Of a stretch of 24,000 bases of DNA, positions 1 through 7,073 are shown piece after piece. Position numbers and translations under genes: made by a program. This stretch comes from an uncultured archaeon (lineage in GTDB: Archaea; Nanobdellota; Nanobdellia; Woesearchaeales; CAIVOO01). How positions within the stretch are numbered: the first letter of the stretch is position 1; each line of letters opens with the position of its first letter. The stretch spans positions 1-24,000 of the forward strand of contig CAIVOO010000090.1 of assembly GCA_903907555.1 (NCBI GenBank), in the 5' to 3' direction. Under the pieces are notes generated by a model, which ran no database searches, was not told the DNA's origin, and was given only the letters and a program-made list of their open reading frames with translations.

Positions 1-763
1 CAGGAGCCTTGTTTTTCAATTCAATATTTGCGCTTTTCCACTTTGTCACATCCATGCCTGTTAAATTTTTTCCTACATTTGTGATTTTTATTATCGCATT
101 TCCTATTTTCACAACATCCCCTACTCTGTAATCAGGAGCTTTGTAAAGTGCATTTACGCGGTAGAGTGTCTTGCTTGTGAATTTATCATTTCCAAACAAT
201 CTTTGGTCGCTCTTTGATTCCCCGCCGAATTTGTTTATGAGCCTTTTCAGAATTGTTGGAATGAACTTGTTCTCGCTCACATAAAGGTCATAGCCATCCT
301 TTATCTCCAGCTGCTTTGTTATGAAAACACCCTTATGCTTCTCTTTTTCGAATTCGCTGTGTATGAAATCCATAATATTGGTGTCAACATTTCTTACTTG
401 GATTATGCCTTCGAAATATCTTGTGTGAAGCAGCGAGCATTTCGGGCAGACTGTAAACAAAATTGTTGCAGGAATCTCATATTCATCATCTATTATTACA
501 GGAATTTCTATCTTCTTTCCTGTGATTTCGCTAGGCAGTGTGAATTCTATCTTCAGCTTTTTTCTTGAAACAATGCTGTCAGAAACAACTCTTATCAAGG
601 CATTTTTCAGCGAATCCCTTGTCCATTTCCCTCTATGAGTGTAGCTATTGCATCTAAGGCAGTAAGTCAAAGTCACTTCCTTGAATCCAAGCAAACTTTC
701 AGAGCAGTCTTTACAGAACTCTCCCTTGCTTATTCCCTTTCCGCATTTCGGACAGAATCGCAT
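1..763 (-). CDS. NMD3-family protein (archaeal homolog of the 60S export adaptor), C-terminus off window
   Basis: My own minus-strand translation from ATG at 763-761 gives MRFCPKCGKGISKGEFCKDCSE...YCLRCNSY...CPKCSLLHTRYFEGIIQVRN. It has paired CxxC zinc knuckles and the YFEaiiQvR box typical of NMD3. The frame stays open to position 1. TATA (cttatatacc on minus) lies about 25 nt upstream. Confidence 0.75.
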   Translation of the reverse strand, partial: MRFCPKCGKGISKGEFCKDCSESLLGFKEVTLTYCLRCNSYTHRGKWTRDSLKNALIRVVSDSIVSRKKLKIEFTLPSEITGKKIEIPVIIDDEYEIPATILFTVCPKCSLLHTRYFEGIIQVRNVDTNIMDFIHSEFEKEKHKGVFITKQLEIKDGYDLYVSENKFIPTILKRLINKFGGESKSDQRLFGNDKFTSKTLYRVNALYKAPDYRVGDVVKIGNAIIKITNVGKNLTGMDVTKWKSANIELKNKAP

Positions 764-842
764 AATCCAAAATAATAGATAATGGTATATAAGAATAGCG
801 GAAAAATATTCCTAGTGTGGGCGGCTGTCAAAGTAATGCTAG

Positions 843-1517
843 ATGTTTATCCTAAGCCCCCACGTCCCCCATAATGATTTTAGCGATAGCTTTAAAAGAT
901 ATGACAATTCCTTATTTTCTATGGACTGGCAAAAGGTCAAAAGGTTTCTGAAGAAAACTTGGTATTTCATTTGGGAAGATAATTCGCTTGCCAGCTGGAT
1001 TGTAAATGTAATACTCGCTTTTATCCTGATAAAATTCATTGTTTATCCTGGAATAGGCTGGGCTCTTGGAACAACGCATCCGATTGTTGCTGTCGTTTCC
1101 TCAAGCATGGAGCATGACGGAAACTTTGAGCAGTGGTGGGCTGAGCAGGGAGCTTATTATGAGAATCTTGGCATCACAAAAGAGCAGTTTCAGGAATTCA
1201 GTTTTAGCAACGGCTTCAACAAGGGAGACATAATGATTCTTTTCGGTGAGAGTCCTGAAAAGCTTAAGGTTGGGGATGTTGCTGTTTACTGGTCTGCTGC
1301 GAATGATCCGATAATTCATCGCGTCATAAAAAAATATGACGGCAGATTCGAAACAAAAGGTGATCACAACTCAGGGCAGATAATCAGCCCAATGCTTGAC
1401 GAGACAAACATATCGCAGAACAGGTTTATCGGAAAAGCAGTATTCAGGATACCATTCTTAGGATGGGTTAAGATAGAATTTGTCAGTTTATTGCAGTTAG
1501 TTGGAATAATAAAGTAG
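843..1517 (+). CDS. Archaeal-type signal peptidase I (S26/Sec11-like)
   Basis: One N-terminal TM (WIVNVILAFILIKFIVYPGIGW), then VSSSMEH (Ser box), IIHRV (His box) and TKGDHN (GDN box). An internal ATG at 921 (MDWQKVKRF...) is an equally plausible start. Confidence 0.8.
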   Translation: MFILSPHVPHNDFSDSFKRYDNSLFSMDWQKVKRFLKKTWYFIWEDNSLASWIVNVILAFILIKFIVYPGIGWALGTTHPIVAVVSSSMEHDGNFEQWWAEQGAYYENLGITKEQFQEFSFSNGFNKGDIMILFGESPEKLKVGDVAVYWSAANDPIIHRVIKKYDGRFETKGDHNSGQIISPMLDETNISQNRFIGKAVFRIPFLGWVKIEFVSLLQLVGIIK

Positions 1518-1530
1518 ATTGGGGTGGAAA

Positions 1531-2034
1531 ATGGCAAGCGAGAGAAGTTTGTGCTTACTGATTGACAAGAATGATGTTTTTTTAGCTCCGAAAAAGAGAG
1601 AAGGCTTTGGCACAAATAAGCTCAATGGATACGGCGGTAATAAGGAAGATAATGAGTCTATAGAAGAGTGCGCCTGCAGGGAAACGCGCGAGGAATCCGG
1701 CGGGGTAATAGTCAATGTATGCGACTTATACAAGCAAGCCGAAATAAACTTCTATTTTGATAACAAGCCTGAATGGAACCAGACAGTGCACGTGTTTGTT
1801 GTTGAAAAATATTCTGGTATCCCACAAGAAAGCGAAGAGATGATGGCGCCAGAACGCATAGCCAAATCAAAATTGCTGAACCAGGATGACTCAGTTTATG
1901 AAAGAATGTGGGTGGCGGACAAGCTATGGATTCCATTAGTTCTTAGCGGAAGAAAAGTCAAGGCAGAAGTAACCTACGCAAACGGCGGTGAATACGTCAA
2001 GGAGCATAAGATAACAATTGTCGAGAAATTCTAA
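1531..2034 (+). CDS. NUDIX hydrolase (MutT/MTH1-like)
   Basis: Nudix box GGNKEDNESIEECACRETREESG fits GX5EX7REUXEEXGU. The ORF track begins at TTG 1519; the first ATG is 1531. Confidence 0.75.
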   Translation: MASERSLCLLIDKNDVFLAPKKREGFGTNKLNGYGGNKEDNESIEECACRETREESGGVIVNVCDLYKQAEINFYFDNKPEWNQTVHVFVVEKYSGIPQESEEMMAPERIAKSKLLNQDDSVYERMWVADKLWIPLVLSGRKVKAEVTYANGGEYVKEHKITIVEKF

Positions 2035-2035
2035 A

Positions 2036-2143
2036 TAGCGGGGAGTGGATTTGAACCACTGACCTGAAGGTTATGAGCCTCCCGGGCACTCCTGACTGCC
2101 CTATTGCGGTTTATTAAGCTTTGGACTTGAATAAATCCCCGCT
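2036..2143 (-). tRNA. tRNA-Met(CAT), initiator-like (A1:U72), interrupted by a 33-nt insert between positions 7 and 8
   Basis: Minus strand: AGCGGGG-[33 nt]-TA-GGGC-AGTCAGGAGT-GCCC-G-GGAGG-CTCATAA-CCTTC-AGGTC-AGTGG-TTCAAAT-CCACT-CCCCGCT-A. All four arms fold once the insert is removed, giving a 75-nt mature form. No encoded CCA. Confidence 0.8.
2104..2136 (-). other. Candidate non-canonical tRNA intron (position 7/8) with a BHB-like fold
   Basis: Exon G2-G5 (GCGG) pairs with intron CCGC as a 4-bp central helix. It is flanked by 3-nt bulges GGA and AAT on opposite strands, with an inner helix TTTATT/AATAAA. Cutting after the second bulge nucleotide on each side yields exactly AGCGGGG+TAGGGC (U8, A9). 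Confidence 0.55.
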
Positions 2144-2177
2144 AAAAACCCCGCTTACCTGACGTAAAAAGATAGTT

Positions 2178-2187
2178 CTTTATAAAG
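2178..2187. promoter_or_regulatory. Perfectly palindromic TATA element (ctttataaag) between divergent tRNA-Met and the LAGLIDADG gene
   Basis: The 10-nt palindrome is centred about 27 nt from 2155, the start of a duplicated AGCGGGG heptamer upstream of the tRNA. It is bracketed by a 9-bp inverted repeat: tacctgacg 2156-2164 and cgtcaggta 2216-2224. Confidence 0.4.
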
Positions 2188-2252
2188 CTTTCACTTTCCA
2201 CTGGACAAGTGTCTGCGTCAGGTATAAGAAGCAGAATGTCTGTTTTTGTTAT

Positions 2253-2975
2253 ATGTATCAACGCATATTTCTAGAGGATCTGAACAGCACATTTCAAATT
2301 AGAAAAATCAGAGAGCTGTATGAATTAAAAACTAATAATAGAGACAAACCAATCAATATTAAATTACCATTCAGCTTAAATGAAGATGTAGCAACCTTTG
2401 CAGGGATGTTCCCTGATGGAAGCATCATTAAAGATCTTAAAAGAATATATTTCACACAGAAGAAAGATGACCGCCAAATAAGATTGTTTGGAAGATTGTT
2501 GAAAAAATTATTCAGACCAAAGAGCAAGATATTCTTTAGAGAAGGCCATAATGCCAAAGAAGTATTCATAAATTCGCAGACGCTTGCAATCTTTTGTTAT
2601 AAAATTTTGGGCATGAACAAGTCGGATGAAGAAATGCGAGTTCCGAGATGGGTTTACAACTCAAAAAAGTCTGTTATTAGAAGTTATCTTAAACAAGCAT
2701 TCAATGCTGAAGCATATGTGGCTAAAAATCTGCGAGAAATAAGGTTCATAACTAAAGACCATAATTACGCTCAAGATCTTCAAAAACTGCTTTTGTTGAT
2801 AGACATAAATTCAAAAATTCAGCCAAGAATTGGTGGGGGCGGCATCAGACCACAATTGCAATATAGGCTTTCTATCTACGGAAAAGAGAACTTTAGAAAA
2901 TTCAAAGATGTCGGATTCTCAATACCGTTGCATAAGAAAAGATTGGAAAAAATGACAAAATTCATACTGCATTAA
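2253..2975 (+). CDS. Free-standing double-motif LAGLIDADG homing-endonuclease-like protein
   Basis: Two degenerate dodecapeptide motifs about 100 aa apart: VATFAGMFPDGSI and IRSYLKQAFNAEAYV, each keeping the acidic D/E. Basic C-terminal half. Size (240 aa) fits a monomeric two-domain enzyme. Confidence 0.6.
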   Translation: MYQRIFLEDLNSTFQIRKIRELYELKTNNRDKPINIKLPFSLNEDVATFAGMFPDGSIIKDLKRIYFTQKKDDRQIRLFGRLLKKLFRPKSKIFFREGHNAKEVFINSQTLAIFCYKILGMNKSDEEMRVPRWVYNSKKSVIRSYLKQAFNAEAYVAKNLREIRFITKDHNYAQDLQKLLLLIDINSKIQPRIGGGGIRPQLQYRLSIYGKENFRKFKDVGFSIPLHKKRLEKMTKFILH

Positions 2976-3051
2976 GCTATATATGTCATGACCCAGCACA
3001 TATCAAAAAAATACAGATATCTTTAAAAATGCAGATAAGTTCGGGTGTATA

Positions 3052-3942
3052 ATGTTCAATCCAATTTTATTGGCAATCCTCTCTCCGTTCTTTTTTGCTT
3101 TGACTAATGTTTGGGATAAATATATTGTTGTGCACAGGGTTAAGAATGCTTTAAGCTATGCAGTAATTGATGGCTTGACAATCTTTGTGTACAGCATCAT
3201 ACTAAGTGTATTCGTCAGCTGGGCGGGTGTTTCTCTGAATGCCTTGCTTATCCCGGCAGTCATAGGAGTGCTGTATGGAGCGTCTACATTGGCATATTAT
3301 TATGTCATACAAAAGGAGGATGTCACACACTTCATCGGGCTTCTCTATGTCTATCCGATATTGGTTGCTTTCATGTCTTTCTTATTCCTGAACGAAGTGA
3401 TACCTCTTGTTGGCTACATCGGAATGATTTTAACAGTCTCTGGAGCTGTCCTGATGACTACGCGAATCAAGAAGTTCAACTCGAAGGTATTTTTGTATCT
3501 TGCTGTGATGGTTGTTCTTTCAGCGGTTGGGGAATTCTTGGTCAAGGTTTCAACATCACACGTACCAGAACTTAATGCTATAGCAATAAGCGATTTATTC
3601 CTTGGATTAACCCTGTTCTGCGTTGCTTTTTTTATTCCGAAAATCAGGTCTGGGATAAAATACGAATTTACGCACAACCTGCATCTTTCTGTCATAAGCC
3701 AGATTGTGTGGGTGTTCGCAATAATTACATTATTTTATGCAATGGCAGGGCTGCCAGCAACAATAGTCGCTTCGCTTGGGGTTCTTCAGCCGTTATTTGT
3801 TCTTGTTATGGAAAGGATTGCTGATTCATACATAGGTAAAATATCAAGGGATACGCTCCTGCTTCCAAAATTAGGAGCTATACTGCTTATAATAATTGGA
3901 ATAGCCCTGCTGACAATGTCAGGAGCCCTGTTTCTAAAATAA
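3052..3942 (+). CDS. EamA/DMT-superfamily transporter
   Basis: 296 aa with about 10 hydrophobic segments arranged as two similar halves, typical of the drug/metabolite transporter (EamA) fold. Confidence 0.7.
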   Translation: MFNPILLAILSPFFFALTNVWDKYIVVHRVKNALSYAVIDGLTIFVYSIILSVFVSWAGVSLNALLIPAVIGVLYGASTLAYYYVIQKEDVTHFIGLLYVYPILVAFMSFLFLNEVIPLVGYIGMILTVSGAVLMTTRIKKFNSKVFLYLAVMVVLSAVGEFLVKVSTSHVPELNAIAISDLFLGLTLFCVAFFIPKIRSGIKYEFTHNLHLSVISQIVWVFAIITLFYAMAGLPATIVASLGVLQPLFVLVMERIADSYIGKISRDTLLLPKLGAILLIIIGIALLTMSGALFLK

Positions 3943-3981
3943 TACGCAACATTTTTATAGAGCAGAAGCCAGATATAACCC

Positions 3982-4281
3982 ATGGACATGGATGACCAGC
4001 TTCCGGATGATGAATTGCAGAAGAAGTCTTACTCAGAGTACACCATGGACCCTATTGACAGGGAGAGCATAAAAGAAATCAAGAATATGCTGAAGAGTGG
4101 TGTAGAACTTGAAACAGAATTTCTTACAGACTCTGTCAATTTCGTAAGCAACCTGATAAACAAGTATGAGAAAATAAGAGAGAACGAAAGCACTTACGAA
4201 AAGATTAATGCAAATATGAATCTTTACATTAAGGATTTACAGATGCTTCTTGAACAGCTGGAAGAAAGATTGATGGGATAA
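3982..4281 (+). CDS. Hypothetical acidic coiled-coil protein
   Basis: 99-aa ORF, D/E-rich N-terminus, heptad-like C-terminus (LYIKDLQMLLEQLEERL). No recognisable family. Confidence 0.45.
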   Translation: MDMDDQLPDDELQKKSYSEYTMDPIDRESIKEIKNMLKSGVELETEFLTDSVNFVSNLINKYEKIRENESTYEKINANMNLYIKDLQMLLEQLEERLMG

Positions 4282-4282
4282 G

Positions 4283-4525
4283 TCAGTGAAGCTTTAATTC
4301 GATTCCTAATCTCGAAAGATATTCTGAACCAGGGATTTCTTCTCCAGTGTTCAACGCGACGTAAGCCCTCCTATCTTTAATAAATCCGCGAGTGATGTCA
4401 GGACATTCCCTCCTCATGCCCCTTATAGTTTCGAAAACCTGCATTTCTGTAGCATAATCTGGCCTAGAAGGAAGAACATAACCTCTTGCTTTCGAAACAA
4501 TGACTTCAATCTTGTCTCTTAACAT
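4283..4525 (-). CDS. Hypothetical protein (80 aa)
   Basis: ORF with a minus-strand TATA (tttttatata) about 25-30 nt upstream of ATG 4525. No recognisable motif. Confidence 0.45.
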   Translation of the reverse strand: MLRDKIEVIVSKARGYVLPSRPDYATEMQVFETIRGMRRECPDITRGFIKDRRAYVALNTGEEIPGSEYLSRLGIELKLH

Positions 4526-4568
4526 GCAATAACGTAATAATTTCGAAGTATATAAAAATTTTGCAAAA

Positions 4569-4592
4569 AGCGGGGACTGGCTATAACCAATT
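4569..4592 (-). repeat. tRNA-Met 3'-end-like fragment
   Basis: agcggggactggctataaccaatt versus agcggggagtggatttgaaccact at the tRNA-Met 3' end (2037-2060). 11 of the first 12 nt match, and a T-arm-like ttgg/ccag stem is retained. Confidence 0.3.
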
Positions 4593-4603
4593 CATACGAT
4601 AAA
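4585..4603 (+). repeat. 19-nt repeat copy 1 (aaccaAttcatacgataaa)
   Basis: 18/19 identical to 6366-6384, same orientation. Confidence 0.6.
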
Positions 4604-4616
4604 CACTGAAGTAAGT

Positions 4617-5048
4617 TTATTTAATTTTTAAAAGATCACCATTTATAACTTTTGGTTGCATAGCTTTAATCTCATCATTATATATCATTTCAGGAATTTC
4701 ATTGAGTAAAAATATCTTTTTGTTGAGAATGTGTGCAAATCCCATTTCAAGGAAAGAATTGCCACCTATGTAATTTTCAATATTATTTTTATCAAAATTT
4801 GCAACCAAAATTGCATCAGCTTCTTTTATGATTTTCCAATATTCCCTAATTGAATCAAACTTTATGGCTCTTTTAGAGAATTCTCCATTCTCTTTTTCTT
4901 TCTTAATCTCATCTAATGAAAATTCTCCCCTAAGTATCTTTTCAGAGCTGATAGGTATAGAAACCTCAAAACCCAAATTTTTCAATTTATCTGCAATAAT
5001 CTTTATTTCGTGAGTAAAATTTAGACTCCCGCAAATTGCAATTTTCAT
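4617..5048 (-). CDS. Nucleoside 2-deoxyribosyltransferase-like (NDT/Rcl-fold) protein
   Basis: MKIAICGSLNF... N-terminus and ADAILVANFDKNN..NYIGGNSFLEMGFAHILNKKIFLL resemble the NDT-family pattern (D..G...E.G.A...KP). Minus-strand TATA about 26 nt upstream of the ATG. Confidence 0.5.
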   Translation of the reverse strand: MKIAICGSLNFTHEIKIIADKLKNLGFEVSIPISSEKILRGEFSLDEIKKEKENGEFSKRAIKFDSIREYWKIIKEADAILVANFDKNNIENYIGGNSFLEMGFAHILNKKIFLLNEIPEMIYNDEIKAMQPKVINGDLLKIK

Positions 5049-5129
5049 GATATCAACAAATTACCTAAGATATATAAAAATATCTAAAAACTAAACATCA
5101 GAAGTGCAGCAATCTAATTAAGCTATTTC

Positions 5130-5158
5130 TAGACCGCCGAGACTGCACTTCAGAACTC
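5130..5158 (-). repeat. tRNA-Ser 3'-end remnant (att-like direct repeat)
   Basis: tagaccgccgagactg (5130-5145) matches taaaccgccgagactg (6929-6944) at 15/16, including an exact 13-mer. Weaker T-arm similarity (GAGTTCTGA vs GGGTTCGA on minus) continues to about 5158. Same orientation as tRNA-Ser and on its 3' side. Confidence 0.65.
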
Positions 5159-5238
5159 GGAAATAAAGCCTACGCTGCTTCTTAATATCCTAAAGAAAAT
5201 ATGCCGTCGGGATTTATATATTTTTCTATGATTATTTC

Positions 5239-5712
5239 CTAGCTTTTTTCTTTTAATTTTTTCTCAATCTCTTTTTTTAACGCATTAGTATGCAGTTCAA
5301 ATTTCAGCTTAAGCATTTTCCAGTCATCATATTTTAGCAGCTGTCCTCTGTAGTTTATTGCGTTTCTTTTTAATCTGATAGTCTCTAAGAAGCCCCAGTC
5401 AAGTTCCAGTTCAGGATGTTTGAAGCATATGTAAGCATTTTTGCATTGATGATTATCAGCTTCAATGCCATCAAATAGCAGGTAAGCTTCAATTAGCCCC
5501 CTAAGTGATTCATAATGGTCTCGAAAGACAAAAGTCCAGTCTGTGCTTTCTTTAGGAATATCTTTAGTTTTGCTGTTGATGAATTCTAGGCCTTTTTCTG
5601 CAACAATTGTTAGTGATTTGATAAGTTCTATATCTACAGACTTTTCTCTTATGCTTCCAGTGCTTGTGCAGAGTTTGTAAGTCTTATTAAGATCATCTAT
5701 GGTAATTTTCAT
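5239..5712 (-). CDS. HEPN-like protein, putative partner of the upstream nucleotidyltransferase
   Basis: All-helical 157 aa with a C-terminal LKRNAINYRG (R-N-x3-Y, PF05168-type HEPN ending). Its start abuts the stop of the MNT gene (0-nt spacer). Confidence 0.5.
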   Translation of the reverse strand: MKITIDDLNKTYKLCTSTGSIREKSVDIELIKSLTIVAEKGLEFINSKTKDIPKESTDWTFVFRDHYESLRGLIEAYLLFDGIEADNHQCKNAYICFKHPELELDWGFLETIRLKRNAINYRGQLLKYDDWKMLKLKFELHTNALKKEIEKKLKEKS

Positions 5713-6264
5713 TTATGCAACCTCAGCTATGTCCTGTATTTGGCCTTTCAGCACATATCCGTTAATTATATTTTTTATAAGCCCTGTCCTGACTTCTTCT
5801 ATCTCTTCCTTATTTCGGAATACATGTAATTCTATATTCTTTTTGAGTTTAAGTTCATAAATGTTTTTATCAAAATCCGAAACTTCTCCAAAAACAAAGA
5901 TATCAATATCTGAATCTTTATACCAGTCTCCCTTAACTATGCTTCCGAACAGTATGATGGTTTTTGCTTTTGTTAGTGATAAGAGCTTTGTGATAAGCCC
6001 GCATTTATGAAGCTGCTCCAAAGCATAAACTCTTTTCAGAGAATAATATGCAGGATTATTATTTCCAACACTGTAACTTGGAAATCTTCCCCTAACTTTT
6101 ATACGCTTAAGCAGCCCTTCAGATACATATTTCTTCAGCCATTTATTAGCCACCAATTTTGTGACCTTTGCTTCCCTAACCACTTCCTCAAAATGCCATT
6201 CTTTCAGAGGACTATTTTCTAAAATCAGTTTCAGTACATTATCTTCCTTGCTTGGACTAGCCAT
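5713..6264 (-). CDS. wHTH-fused minimal nucleotidyltransferase (MNT)
   Basis: ILFGSIVKGDWYKDSDIDIFVF is the classic GS-x9-11-DxD pol-beta NTase motif. The N-terminal ~70 aa look like a winged helix (WHFEEVVREAKVTKLVANKWLKKYVSEGLLKR). Confidence 0.75.
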   Translation of the reverse strand: MASPSKEDNVLKLILENSPLKEWHFEEVVREAKVTKLVANKWLKKYVSEGLLKRIKVRGRFPSYSVGNNNPAYYSLKRVYALEQLHKCGLITKLLSLTKAKTIILFGSIVKGDWYKDSDIDIFVFGEVSDFDKNIYELKLKKNIELHVFRNKEEIEEVRTGLIKNIINGYVLKGQIQDIAEVA

Positions 6265-6267
6265 AAA

Positions 6268-6290
6268 ATAGTATAACTGAGATATACTAT
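6268..6290. promoter_or_regulatory. Palindrome in the MNT promoter (candidate operator)
   Basis: atagtata-N7-tatactat, perfect 8-bp arms, lying between the minus-strand TATA (about 6288-6296) and ATG 6264. Confidence 0.4.
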
Positions 6291-6365
6291 TTAAAGGTTT
6301 CTATAGAATGGGGTAAAAGTTCAAAGTAAACTTAAAGATATTAAATAAACCTTGCGAGATTACAA

Positions 6366-6384
6366 AACCAGTTCATACGATAAA
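6366..6384 (+). repeat. 19-nt repeat copy 2 (aaccaGttcatacgataaa)
   Basis: 18/19 identical to 4585-4603. Sits just upstream of TATA cctttatatt, which precedes ATG 6424. Confidence 0.6.
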
Positions 6385-6423
6385 TCTCGAAACCTTTATA
6401 TTCAAAAGCGATATTAAGATTGT

Positions 6424-6915
6424 ATGAATCCAGTATATAAAAAACTGCTGATTTTTGTTCCATTATATTTGATTCTGATAGTTCTGTATTTTGTTGAAAC
6501 AGAAAATATTTATAAGATATGGATAGGCATGGCTTTGATATGTGCATTTTTAATTCATTCATTTCTATCAGTTGAGAAGAAAATTTACAAATTTATCATT
6601 TTAGGTTTCAGTTTATTGGGCATCATAATTATAACATTGTTATTAATACAAACATTTAATACAATTTTAATCAAAAATGCTATAAGAGATAATAATCTTG
6701 AATTTTGTTTGGCTCATCATTGTATAGACAGCATCGCGATTAATAGTCTTAATGCATCAGTATGCGAAGAGAACCTAAAAGATCCAAGCAAAGGACAACA
6801 GGGAGTATATGACTGTTATCAGACAGTAGCTTACAAAGCTAAGAATTCTTCTATCTGCAATCTGATAACAGATATAAATAAAAGTAATCATTGTATAGAA
6901 ATGTTCAAACATTAA
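6424..6915 (+). CDS. Membrane protein with a Cys-rich repeat ectodomain
   Basis: Three to four N-terminal TM segments, then a repeated pattern C-x3-4-[IV]A-x5-7-C (CIDSIAINSLNASVCEE; DCYQTVAYKAKNSSICNL; NHCIEMF). TATA about 25 nt upstream. Confidence 0.55.
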   Translation: MNPVYKKLLIFVPLYLILIVLYFVETENIYKIWIGMALICAFLIHSFLSVEKKIYKFIILGFSLLGIIIITLLLIQTFNTILIKNAIRDNNLEFCLAHHCIDSIAINSLNASVCEENLKDPSKGQQGVYDCYQTVAYKAKNSSICNLITDINKSNHCIEMFKH

Positions 6916-6933
6916 CTTAAAAAAAGATTAAAC

Positions 6934-7017
6934 CGCCGAGACTGGGAATCGAACCCAGACATCCCTTTCGGGAAAACAGCTTAGCAGGCTGCCGCCTTAC
7001 CGTTGGGCCATCCCGGC
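6934..7017 (-). tRNA. tRNA-Ser(GCT), class II with long variable arm
   Basis: Minus strand: GCCGGGA-TG-GCC-CAACGGTAA-GGC-G-GCAGC-CTGCTAA-GCTGT-TTTCCCGAAAGGGATG-TCTGGG.TTCGATT.CCCAG-TCTCGGC-G. Complete cloverleaf. TATA tttataat lies about 30 nt upstream. Confidence 0.9.
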
Positions 7018-7073
7018 ACATTCCTCAGAAGGAATCAATAAGTATTATAAATCTTGCCCTTTTAAATTGGTGC

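Noticed and set aside
335-568. 77-aa plus-strand ORF
   Set aside because: It lies inside and antisense to the NMD3-family gene, whose translation shows the conserved zinc knuckles and the YFEGIIQVR box.
4569-4592. tRNA-Met-like fragment as the attR partner of the intact tRNA-Met at 2036-2143
   Set aside because: The fragment lies on the 5' side of the minus-strand tRNA gene. Classical tRNA-targeting integration leaves the 3'-end remnant on the 3' side. Similarity is also modest (11/12, then degenerate). I retained it only as a low-confidence repeat.
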